Source: a virus (taxonomy: Duplodnaviria > Caudoviricetes). From it: a stretch of DNA of 64,000 bases. Below the pieces are notes generated by a model that had not been told where the DNA came from, did no database searches, and saw nothing but the letters and a program-made list of their open reading frames with translations. The position numbers were made by a program, and so were the translations under genes. The first letter of the stretch is position 1. Every line of letters begins with the position of its first letter. The DNA lies in the IMG/VR virus record IMGVR_UViG_3300025647_000027, positions 5,936 through 69,935 of that record. One strand, 5' to 3'. This document shows, one piece after another, positions 28,789 to 38,028 of this stretch.

Positions 28789-31700
28789 ATGATTAAGCAA
28801 CAATTACTTGGTTATAAAGGTATGTCAAAAGACCTTGCTAAAAACAAGCAGTCTGATAAATACTTTGATGCCAAAAACATAAGGATATTAGCTACTGATC
28901 AGCAATCATCATTCTCTGTAACAAATGAGCATGGTAATCAGCAGGTATTTACTATTCCTATTCCGGTATTTAATATTACTGATACACAGATTGATTATAC
29001 TGTTGGAAGCACAACTAAGAGCTTAGAATATGCAACAGTGACATCTGTTATACCTAGATGTGATTTAGAATCTAATTATTATGGTTCTGCTGGACCTGTT
29101 AAAGTATCAGGAACACAAACTATAATTGGAGTTAAAGCCCTTAGGGATTCAGCTATTATAGTATCAACTGACAATGCTGGGTTTGATTGCTTTTGGGAGT
29201 TAGTAAATGTTAACTCAGGTCAATTCGACTTGAACTTAATTTACATGAATGATCTTGGCTTAAGCACAAGTAATCTTGTTCAGATAGAATATAACTACGA
29301 AAATTCTGTTATACAAAAAATATATTTTGTAGATGGCAAGAATCAAATAAGAACAATGAATATACGTCAGAGTATTGCTAATGGTGACTCTAAGAATTTA
29401 ATTGATGTTCCTTCTACTTCTATTGATACCGTATCTACATTTGATTTATCACAACCTACTGTTAATAGCGTAGTGTCTGGTGGTAATCATACAGCAGGAA
29501 TGATTCAATACGCTTATGGGTTATATATATTGAATGGATCTCAAACCACCATCTCTCCACTATCTGAACTTGTGTCTCTTGACAAAGGAGTGGGTCTTGG
29601 TGGAGGAGATGTTAATGAAAATGTTGGACGCGCTGTTATTGTCAACGTTCCTGATATTGACACCTCATTTACTCACATTAGAATATATGCAATTAAATAT
29701 ACTTCATTCAATGAGGAGCCTGAGGTTTCACTTATTGCGGATAAGGAAATAGATAATTTCTCAGAACTTACTTATTATGATGATGGATCACAAATAGAAT
29801 CTGTTGGATTAGCTGCTTTTGTGTTTTTAGGATCAGATCCAATTATACCTAAACATATAGCTACAAAAGACAATAGATTGTTTCCTATTAATATTAAGGA
29901 AGATTCATTTGAATTTGATCTTGATACAAGATGTTATGGACATAATAGTGGTGGTACAGCTGTTGTGTGGGAGAATGTTTATCTAAACACTTCTAATATT
30001 CTTGCTGGTAATTCATTAACTGTTGACGGAACTTACTCAAATGTTCCAGAGAGACATGATGCAATAAATAAAGACTACTCTGTATACAAGTATCAAAAGA
30101 ATGGTACTACATTAGGAGCTGAAGGGCCATACTTTAAGGTTGAGATTGATCAAAGTACACTTACTGATGCACAAGCTGCTAATAAACAATTCCTTAAAGA
30201 TAGAGAATTATACAGAATAGGTATTGAACTATATAATAGAAGAGGTCAAAAAAGTGAACCAAGTTGGATGTGTGATCTCTTAATTCCAGAGGGAAATTTA
30301 GAAGGAAACTACAACAAGCTTAAAGTAACTCTTAAGCCTGAATTTTATGTTTGGTTAAATGACAGTTCTAACTTTCCTACACCGGATTTTAAGCCTATTG
30401 GATATAAAGTGCTAAGAGCTGATAGAACAGCTACTGATAAAACTATACTTACACAGGGCATTGTTAATCCTATGATTGCTAATTATCAGCATACAAATAA
30501 GATTGTTTCATTGGCTCAAAGAAAAGACGCTGTTAATACAAACAAGTCTGACAAGATGCCTGGGCCAATAAGAAAATTTCAAACATTACATCCTTTTACT
30601 AAATGCAGAGATTATGCTGAGACAGCTTGGGATGGTGATAATGATAGTACATTTAATCAATTAGGAAGAGGAAGCAAGAGAGAAGGATTTAAGGCTCCGT
30701 CTTCTAAAGATTGGCGTGCTCAAAACTTCCAACACAGTAGACTTATGCAAATGTTCTCACCTGAGATATTGTTTGATCCTATTAGTATTGATTCATCTTA
30801 CGAATTGTACACTGTTGGCGTTATGAAAGAAAGCTATTCGGCTAACTGGTCAACAGAAACTAACCCTACTTCAGGTAATCATAATGTTAACGCAAAATTC
30901 TTAAATGGAATTTCACCAGGAACAGCAGGTGTAACAATAAGCCCAATTGAAAGCAATGCTAACTATTTAATGGATAATAGCTTCTTTGGCCCAACAAATA
31001 GTGATCATGATATAGCAACTCATCAAGTTTATAGAGAATTTACAGGAACATTCCACAAAGCAACAGCTAGTGATACTGTTAGAAGAAATGAATTATATGG
31101 AACTCCAGAAATAACTGAAAGAGGAGCTGACTTTACTACTTACAATAATGATTTTAATGTAAGATATTGTAATCATTATAGATCAATGCTTATTGATGAT
31201 TGGAGGAGAAGTGATGCTGTAAATAACGATTGTGAAGTTCAAATACTTGGTCTTTCATCTGAAGGAGCCAAGTGTGTTACACTTATGGAAGGGCCTGACG
31301 ACAAATCTTACTCTTTAGCTAACAGAAAGCCAATTGAAACTATATACTCTGAGGCTGGAATAGGTCAAACAGATGGAGTTCTTGTATGTGAATTTGTTAA
31401 AGATAAGAACGCAAAATACATAGGATCTATTTATGGAGGTATGACATTTGAAGCTAAATCAATCAGTTCGTATATTGGAATTGGAACTTATAACCCAATA
31501 TTAACAAATGGAGTGCTTATATCTTCACCTGGTGATACTTTTGTAAATACATTTACATTCACTAAGGTAGCTAAAACAGATCTTGAAGAAACATCTCAAC
31601 AATACAATAGATGGTGTGAGATAGTTTCTGTTAAAGTTGAAACTACTGTTGATCTTAAAAACAGAAGTGATTTGTCATTATCTGAATGGGATAATAAGTA

Positions 31701-32859
31701 TCAACCAAAATATGAGGATTACCAAAAGTACAATAGAGTTTATTCTCAACAACCTACATTAGTTCAGAATTCTGAAACAGGGTTTAAGTCTAAGAAAATT
31801 CAAGAGTTTGATACTAGGATAATGGCCTCTAAAGAGAAAATACCTGGTGAATCTGTTGATAGTTGGACAGATTTCTTACAGAATGAGACTATGGACCTAG
31901 ATGGTCAATATGGTCCAATTAACGCTGTAACAAATGCTGGTGATGAAATATACTGCTTACAAGATTCAGGTGTTGCTCACATATCTATTAACCCAAGAGT
32001 TCAAACAACTGGTGAAGATGGTGTAGCAATTGAATTAGGTACAGGTGGTATTCTTCATGATTACCAATATGTAACAACTAAATCAGGATGTTTAAATAAA
32101 TGGGGAGTAGTATCCACTCAAAATGGTTTCTACTATGTTGATATCTTAAACAAAGGTATCATACAATTTAATGGACAGATTAAAGGATTATCTGATCAAG
32201 AAGGATTCCATGCTGAATTTAACAATTCAATGATATACAATGATCTTGTTCAAGACAATGTTGTATCAGCTTTTGGAGTGTCATCAGGATACAATAGTGT
32301 AAACAATGATGTTTACTTTTCTTTGAAAATGTCACAGGGAAGTTTTACAATTGCTTTCAATGAAGCTACCGGCAGTTTTGTTTCTTATTATGATTATATT
32401 CCCGCCTGGTATATAAATAAAGGGGCCCGAATGATCACTACAAATCCAAATACTACTCAAGTGTGGGAACACTTCAAAGGTAAGAAGAATCACTTCTATG
32501 GTGTACATTATCCTTCTACAATAGAATTTAATGTAGCTCCTCAAGGAGGAAGAGATGTTGTATTTAACAATGCATCATATAAGATGGAGATGACTAATAC
32601 TTCAGGAACAGACTTACCTTCAGTAGGATTGACAAAAGTAAGAGTATACAATGACTATCAAGATTCTGGTGAAGTTACACTAACTCTTCGTGATAACATG
32701 TTCAAGAAATTCAGACACTGGAAGGTTAATTTGCCTAGACACGCTGGGTCTCGAGACAGAATGCGTAACCCATGGAGTTTCATAGAATTTACATTTGATA
32801 ACACATCAGGAAACAATATGGTCTTACATGACATGACCATTCATTATACAGAGTATTAA
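28789..32859 (+). CDS. Tail stabilisation / muzzle protein (P22 gp10-like)
   Basis: 1356 aa; GMSKD, YFDAKNIRI, IYFVDGKNQIR, GDTF, GESVDSW and KKFRHW...RDRMRNPW as in crAss-like Tstab. Confidence 0.85.
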   Translation: MIKQQLLGYKGMSKDLAKNKQSDKYFDAKNIRILATDQQSSFSVTNEHGNQQVFTIPIPVFNITDTQIDYTVGSTTKSLEYATVTSVIPRCDLESNYYGSAGPVKVSGTQTIIGVKALRDSAIIVSTDNAGFDCFWELVNVNSGQFDLNLIYMNDLGLSTSNLVQIEYNYENSVIQKIYFVDGKNQIRTMNIRQSIANGDSKNLIDVPSTSIDTVSTFDLSQPTVNSVVSGGNHTAGMIQYAYGLYILNGSQTTISPLSELVSLDKGVGLGGGDVNENVGRAVIVNVPDIDTSFTHIRIYAIKYTSFNEEPEVSLIADKEIDNFSELTYYDDGSQIESVGLAAFVFLGSDPIIPKHIATKDNRLFPINIKEDSFEFDLDTRCYGHNSGGTAVVWENVYLNTSNILAGNSLTVDGTYSNVPERHDAINKDYSVYKYQKNGTTLGAEGPYFKVEIDQSTLTDAQAANKQFLKDRELYRIGIELYNRRGQKSEPSWMCDLLIPEGNLEGNYNKLKVTLKPEFYVWLNDSSNFPTPDFKPIGYKVLRADRTATDKTILTQGIVNPMIANYQHTNKIVSLAQRKDAVNTNKSDKMPGPIRKFQTLHPFTKCRDYAETAWDGDNDSTFNQLGRGSKREGFKAPSSKDWRAQNFQHSRLMQMFSPEILFDPISIDSSYELYTVGVMKESYSANWSTETNPTSGNHNVNAKFLNGISPGTAGVTISPIESNANYLMDNSFFGPTNSDHDIATHQVYREFTGTFHKATASDTVRRNELYGTPEITERGADFTTYNNDFNVRYCNHYRSMLIDDWRRSDAVNNDCEVQILGLSSEGAKCVTLMEGPDDKSYSLANRKPIETIYSEAGIGQTDGVLVCEFVKDKNAKYIGSIYGGMTFEAKSISSYIGIGTYNPILTNGVLISSPGDTFVNTFTFTKVAKTDLEETSQQYNRWCEIVSVKVETTVDLKNRSDLSLSEWDNKYQPKYEDYQKYNRVYSQQPTLVQNSETGFKSKKIQEFDTRIMASKEKIPGESVDSWTDFLQNETMDLDGQYGPINAVTNAGDEIYCLQDSGVAHISINPRVQTTGEDGVAIELGTGGILHDYQYVTTKSGCLNKWGVVSTQNGFYYVDILNKGIIQFNGQIKGLSDQEGFHAEFNNSMIYNDLVQDNVVSAFGVSSGYNSVNNDVYFSLKMSQGSFTIAFNEATGSFVSYYDYIPAWYINKGARMITTNPNTTQVWEHFKGKKNHFYGVHYPSTIEFNVAPQGGRDVVFNNASYKMEMTNTSGTDLPSVGLTKVRVYNDYQDSGEVTLTLRDNMFKKFRHWKVNLPRHAGSRDRMRNPWSFIEFTFDNTSGNNMVLHDMTIHYTEY

Positions 32860-32878
32860 CTTTGTATGATAGTCAATA

Positions 32879-32910
32879 TTGACAATTAACGTCTTATTTC
32901 ATATATTTAC
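32879..32910 (+). promoter_or_regulatory. Promoter TTGAC-N18-TATATTTAC
   Basis: Recurrent bipartite motif ending 6 nt before ATG 32917. Confidence 0.65.
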
Positions 32911-32916
32911 AGTATA

Positions 32917-33633
32917 ATGGTAACAAGAGAAGAAAAAAAGGAAGCAAAAAAGAGATGGTTTAAAGGTTTCTTTTGGTTAGGAGCATTAGGATTTTTAACA
33001 TCTTGGTTTATGTTCTTCCCAGCTTGGTGGAGCAGGAAAAGAGGTGATAGGAGCATGTTCTGGGGATGGATGGATGATTCAAGACTTGATGATAACACAT
33101 CACACGGATATTCAATGGACTATTATTCTTTCTTATTGAGATACAATAAGACTAAAGAGGATATCTGGGTTGCTTACAAATGGCACAAAAGAAATGCTTG
33201 TTGGAATTTTAAAGAAAGACTTGGTGGAGGATTAGACACTTCTTTTCCTAATCATGTTGGAAATAATAACATCATTCCATTAGAAATTGAAATAGACAAC
33301 CTTCATACGTATGATGGTACAAAGTTAAGACAAGATGGAGCTTGGGTAATAAAGGCTGGATTAAAGTATATTCCTCAGGATCCTTCAGAAGACATCTGGC
33401 AAGTAATGCAAGGTGACGAAATGTCAAAAAAGACTTCTATAATTGGAGAAGGATTAATATGGTATAAAGTGCATGGTTCTGACTTGTTGTATTTCAGATA
33501 CTCTGAGTGTAAGATTGTTGAATACAAAATATTCGGCATTACAATATGGAAAGGATGGAGAACAATAGCTCAATCAACAGGAAAAACTATTGGTATGAAC
33601 TTTAAACACCAGAAAATTAAACCCTGGAAATAA
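32917..33633 (+). CDS. Trp-rich membrane-anchored hypothetical protein
   Basis: N-terminal hydrophobic aromatic helix; has its own promoter. Confidence 0.65.
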   Translation: MVTREEKKEAKKRWFKGFFWLGALGFLTSWFMFFPAWWSRKRGDRSMFWGWMDDSRLDDNTSHGYSMDYYSFLLRYNKTKEDIWVAYKWHKRNACWNFKERLGGGLDTSFPNHVGNNNIIPLEIEIDNLHTYDGTKLRQDGAWVIKAGLKYIPQDPSEDIWQVMQGDEMSKKTSIIGEGLIWYKVHGSDLLYFRYSECKIVEYKIFGITIWKGWRTIAQSTGKTIGMNFKHQKIKPWK

Positions 33634-36305
33634 TGTCGGATAAGAAGAATATAAAGAAAGATTTTGATAGAGAAGCCTTTAAGAAGGCTATTGCTCATGT
33701 TGAGTCTAGTGGAGGTAAGTTTCTAGAAAATACAACTAGTTCTGCCGCCGGTAGGTATCATTTTTTGTATAGATATATTCAGGATATTCCTTTATTACGC
33801 GGCGTAACTAAACGTGAGTTTATTAACAGGCCTGAGCTTCAAGAGCAAGTAATGGATATGGCCATAGATGGTACTCTTCCTGGATTTCCTTCGTATAAAG
33901 AATACGCAAAGGAACTTCAAGGTAAGTATAGAACAAATTTAGGATTACATGATATTGCTGCACTAACACATTTCTTAGGTAAGGGTGGTGTTAAAAAGTA
34001 CCTATCTAATCCTGATGGATTTGTTGTTCCAGGTAAGAATGCAAGCGTATTACAATATATAAATAAATTTAGAAAAGCTTTTGGTCCAGACTCTACTATT
34101 TCAGATCAAGATATTGCTAAAAACAGTCCTGCTGAAGCAGGATTAAATGTAAAAGTTCAAGACAAGACAGCTGTTGCTCCTAAGGTTATTAAAGAAGAAA
34201 AGTTTAACTTTAAAGACTCAGGAAGAGATTATATAGACTATCTTAATAATGGAGAGTTATATGATAAAGCTCCTGTTGAAGCTGAAGGTACTATTAAAGC
34301 AGTTGAAAATACAGATGAAGCTCCGACAGAAGCTCAGTCACAAACTCCGACACAAACTGGGTCACAAGTAGGTGAAGGCACTGTATTAGCAGAGGATCCT
34401 AAAAAAATATTACCAGTAACAGGTGAGCTTGCGGGCAAACCAATGGATGAGCATTTAGGTTTCTTAAACACTCTTGCAATGGGAGGTTTCTTAAATCAAC
34501 ATGGTGCTCAGGATATTATACCTATTGAGAATGGTGGTACACATGAAGAGAATCCTTATGGTGGCGTACCTATGGGTATAGGCGCTAATGGCAAAATGAA
34601 CACTGTTGAAGAAGGTGAAGTTAAATTTGGAGATTACGTTTTTTCAAATAGACTATCACTTGGTGGACCAATTACTCAATTAGGTACAAAAGCAAATACA
34701 TTTGCTGATGGAGGTGATCTAAATAAAGAAAAAGATAAAGAAAAAGATAAAGAAGAACTATCTGAATCTGATTTATCAACCAAAATTCTTAGAAACATTT
34801 TACCTATTCCTAATAACGCGGCTCAATTAGTCTCAAGTCTTGCAAATAGTGACAGTAAGTTTAGTACTAAAGATTCAAGCTCGGCAGCTAATAAACACCT
34901 GTATAGAAGCGTACTTAATGCTATAAAAAGAACTGGAAAGACCCAAGGTGGCACAGAATACGAAGATTACAGCAAGGATATAAGCAAAGATCTCAATGGA
35001 TTGTCAATGAAATCTCCTAATATGATTGCAGGTAGTTTTGTATCTCCAGAACTTGAGGCTGCTACTACATTTGGAAGAGTCTCATATAAGCAAAATCCTG
35101 AAACAGGAGAGATAGAAATATACGATTCTTATGACTTTAGTAAAACTGGTGATAAGAATAATGTTTATGCAAAAATAAGAAAAAAAGCTGGAGATGTTTC
35201 TGATGGAAAATTAGATTCAAAACCAAAACTTATAGGTAAATTTAATCCTAACGAAGAAAAAGATTTTATTGGTAAAATAGGTGATTTTATGGACAATGTA
35301 CTAAATCCAATAGATAATTTTAATATACCTTATTCTTCTGTAAAAAAAACTAGTGATGCGGTATATAATTCTGGAAAAAACGCGTATGATTATGGAAAAA
35401 AAATAATAAATGAAGGTTTAGATTCTTTGTCTAATATGTTCGATAAAGGCGGAGACTTGACAGGTCCAACAGACCCAAAGAAAAAAGAATCTAAAAAGAA
35501 CTCTGATAATCCTGTTACTGATCCGGTGTTTGGACCTGTACTTGAGGATAAACCCTTAGAATTTATAAAAAATGAATGGCAAACAACTGGATATGGAGGG
35601 CTGAAAAAAGTTTCAGAGACATTTGAAGTTCCTGATGTTAGAGAAGACTACATGATAGATAATTATGTCACTACACAGAAAAGTGATAAGGTTAACTTTG
35701 ACTTAGCTATTAATGATAAGAATGCGCTAGAGTTTCTAAACAGATACAATAATCCATGGTCAAGACAAAAATTAGCTGAGCAAGCTGGGCTAAGTCCTGA
35801 GGATATAGATAATATGATATTAAAAGGACTTAATGTAGACAAAGAAATTGGCGGAGAAGTTCTTGGATCTAAAGCATCTTATGATGCGTCAAAAAATAAA
35901 ATTAATATGGGCCCTGAATTTGAAGGTAAAACAGGTGTTGAGACCCATGAAAGAGTTCATGCTAGTTTATTTGATGCAGCTCAGGGAGAAAACTTAATGA
36001 AGATATTAGGCAATCCTTTTCAACAGGAAACTAGAAGCTTCATGAAAAAGCATTCTCCTGACACTGTTCGTTATCTTAAAAAGCCACATGAGGCTTATGG
36101 TAATTTTGTAGAGTTTAGAGAAAAACTAGGATTAAAGCCTGGTGAGCAGATTGATGAAAAAGAACTAAATAAAAGAATAAAAGCAAAAGGCCTTACAAAT
36201 GAAAACTTTATTAGAGTTTTCGATGATAGTAAAGTAGTAGAAGCATTAAACACAATTGCCAAAGTAGATACAAAACCTACAATGGACGAATATAGAATAG
36301 CATAA
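33633..36305 (+). CDS. Multidomain cargo protein: lysozyme/transglycosylase-like N-terminus, crAss cargo motif, C-terminal zincin-like domain
   Basis: AIAHVESSGG...SSAAGRYHF; GGTHEENPYGGV...VEEGE...VFSNRL; THERVH...HEAYG. Confidence 0.75.
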   Translation: MSDKKNIKKDFDREAFKKAIAHVESSGGKFLENTTSSAAGRYHFLYRYIQDIPLLRGVTKREFINRPELQEQVMDMAIDGTLPGFPSYKEYAKELQGKYRTNLGLHDIAALTHFLGKGGVKKYLSNPDGFVVPGKNASVLQYINKFRKAFGPDSTISDQDIAKNSPAEAGLNVKVQDKTAVAPKVIKEEKFNFKDSGRDYIDYLNNGELYDKAPVEAEGTIKAVENTDEAPTEAQSQTPTQTGSQVGEGTVLAEDPKKILPVTGELAGKPMDEHLGFLNTLAMGGFLNQHGAQDIIPIENGGTHEENPYGGVPMGIGANGKMNTVEEGEVKFGDYVFSNRLSLGGPITQLGTKANTFADGGDLNKEKDKEKDKEELSESDLSTKILRNILPIPNNAAQLVSSLANSDSKFSTKDSSSAANKHLYRSVLNAIKRTGKTQGGTEYEDYSKDISKDLNGLSMKSPNMIAGSFVSPELEAATTFGRVSYKQNPETGEIEIYDSYDFSKTGDKNNVYAKIRKKAGDVSDGKLDSKPKLIGKFNPNEEKDFIGKIGDFMDNVLNPIDNFNIPYSSVKKTSDAVYNSGKNAYDYGKKIINEGLDSLSNMFDKGGDLTGPTDPKKKESKKNSDNPVTDPVFGPVLEDKPLEFIKNEWQTTGYGGLKKVSETFEVPDVREDYMIDNYVTTQKSDKVNFDLAINDKNALEFLNRYNNPWSRQKLAEQAGLSPEDIDNMILKGLNVDKEIGGEVLGSKASYDASKNKINMGPEFEGKTGVETHERVHASLFDAAQGENLMKILGNPFQQETRSFMKKHSPDTVRYLKKPHEAYGNFVEFREKLGLKPGEQIDEKELNKRIKAKGLTNENFIRVFDDSKVVEALNTIAKVDTKPTMDEYRIA

Positions 36306-37834
36306 TGAAAAAGAAAGAAAGCAATAGCATAATGGAGATGTTCAATTTACCTTCGTATACAAAAGGTAAAACTTTTGCTGAAGCTAGTAAACTAATTGCC
36401 AAGAAGTTTGAGGGTAGAACAGATAAGGAGTCTGTTGATACTCTTCAAGATCTACAAGGAAGGTTACAGCAAGCACAAGAGTACATTAAAAAGCAGTCTC
36501 AGCCAACTGAGCAACCACAACCACAAGCTCCTGCAATGGGGCCTACTAATGATCATTTCCTAGGAGGTATAATGAGTATGTTAGGTGGTGCTGGTGGAGC
36601 TGCCGGTGGGGCAGCAAGCGCCGCTGGTGCGGCGGGCGCAGCAGGAGGAGCAGCAGGTTTATTAGGTGGAGCGTCGTCTGCAATACCTGGACTAGGAGCT
36701 CTGTCTAAAGCTCCAGAAGCTATTAATCATTTTAAAGAAGGTAATGCCGCTAAAGGTATTATGAGTGCAGCAAGTGGAGCTGCTAGTATGATACCTGGTG
36801 TAGGCGCAATAGCTTCTCCAATTCTTGATATAGCAGGAAGTTTTATAGGTAATGGGGCCGCTGAAAAAAAGGCACAAGATATAGCTGTAAATAATACTGC
36901 TACTCAGGCTAAAGCATTTAATAATAAATATGCAGGTGGAGGATTTATGGATAATATAGATCCTAATGAATTGGTAAGTATGTTGAAAGCACAAGGAAAT
37001 ACATCTCTTACAACACAAGGCCCTATTGGAGGTCCTGTAATGAATTCAGCTGGTAGAGAAATACAACAAACAGTAAATGAAGGAATCAGTCCTTCTGGAG
37101 TAACAGGAATGAGAGGTTTACCAGAAACATCTGTTAATGCTGGTATTGAAGCTCAAGGATTGGCTCAAGTAGGACAATCTGCTGAAGAGCAATTAAGATC
37201 TAGTGCTTTAAAAGGACTAGAACCACTTACTAATTCAGCACAAGGTACAGAACAAGATACGGCACAAGAAGGCGGATATGATCCATCTACATTATTAAGA
37301 TATGCGCCTGCTGTTACTGATGCTTATCAATTAGCTACTCTTGAGAAACCTGATGAAGTATCAAGAGGTAGACTTGGAAACAAGTATCAATCACAACAAG
37401 TAGACGAAAGAAGTTTAGTTCAAGGAGTTCAAGAAGGTATAAATAACAACAGAGATGCTATATTAGGTTCATCTGGTGGTTCTGGAGCAGCTGCTCGAGC
37501 TAATTTACTAGGATTAAGTCTTCAGGGAACAAAAGCTTTATCTAGCGCTATGCAATCAGCTGGTGAAGCTAATAGACAAGATAATAGAACTGGACAACAG
37601 TTTAATTTAGGTGTTGATCAAACTAACTTACAGCAATCAAATGCTGAGCAATTAGCTAATGAGCAAAATCAAGGTGCTTATGATACTCAGAAGAGTCAAT
37701 TGATTTCTCAATTAGGATCCAACCTTGGCGAAGTAGGAAAAGAACAATTATTCAAAAAATACCCAGAGCTAATGGGAATGGACTTTGATGCTCTTGGCAA
37801 GTATATGAACGGCAAGAAAAAAAAGAAAAAATAA
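36305..37834 (+). CDS. Cargo/ejection protein with Gly/Ala-rich membrane-insertion segments
   Basis: KGKTFAEASK, long GA-rich hydrophobic stretch, Q/N-rich coiled coil. Confidence 0.75.
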   Translation: MKKKESNSIMEMFNLPSYTKGKTFAEASKLIAKKFEGRTDKESVDTLQDLQGRLQQAQEYIKKQSQPTEQPQPQAPAMGPTNDHFLGGIMSMLGGAGGAAGGAASAAGAAGAAGGAAGLLGGASSAIPGLGALSKAPEAINHFKEGNAAKGIMSAASGAASMIPGVGAIASPILDIAGSFIGNGAAEKKAQDIAVNNTATQAKAFNNKYAGGGFMDNIDPNELVSMLKAQGNTSLTTQGPIGGPVMNSAGREIQQTVNEGISPSGVTGMRGLPETSVNAGIEAQGLAQVGQSAEEQLRSSALKGLEPLTNSAQGTEQDTAQEGGYDPSTLLRYAPAVTDAYQLATLEKPDEVSRGRLGNKYQSQQVDERSLVQGVQEGINNNRDAILGSSGGSGAAARANLLGLSLQGTKALSSAMQSAGEANRQDNRTGQQFNLGVDQTNLQQSNAEQLANEQNQGAYDTQKSQLISQLGSNLGEVGKEQLFKKYPELMGMDFDALGKYMNGKKKKKK

Positions 37835-37835
37835 G

Positions 37836-38027
37836 ATGACTAGAGCGTATTTATTGTTACTAAATGTAGTTGACAATGATGATATTTATATTGATCATAG
37901 GTTAAACAGATTCGTAATCACTTACAATAATGAAAGAATTATCATTAAATGTGAGGATGTTAAGGATTTTATCACTATATTTATGAATGATAAGAATGCG
38001 ATGTTAACAAAGCTTAACGACAAATAA
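37836..38027 (+). CDS. Small hypothetical protein
   Basis: 63 aa ORF that fills the gap between two cargo genes exactly. Confidence 0.55.
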   Translation: MTRAYLLLLNVVDNDDIYIDHRLNRFVITYNNERIIIKCEDVKDFITIFMNDKNAMLTKLNDK

Positions 38028-38028
38028 T

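Noticed and set aside
34723-34754. 12 bp tandem repeat encoding KEKD
   Set aside because: Short in-frame linker expansion with no wider pattern
36583-36680. Local GC-rich island
   Set aside because: Explained by Gly/Ala codons in the cargo protein's hydrophobic segment
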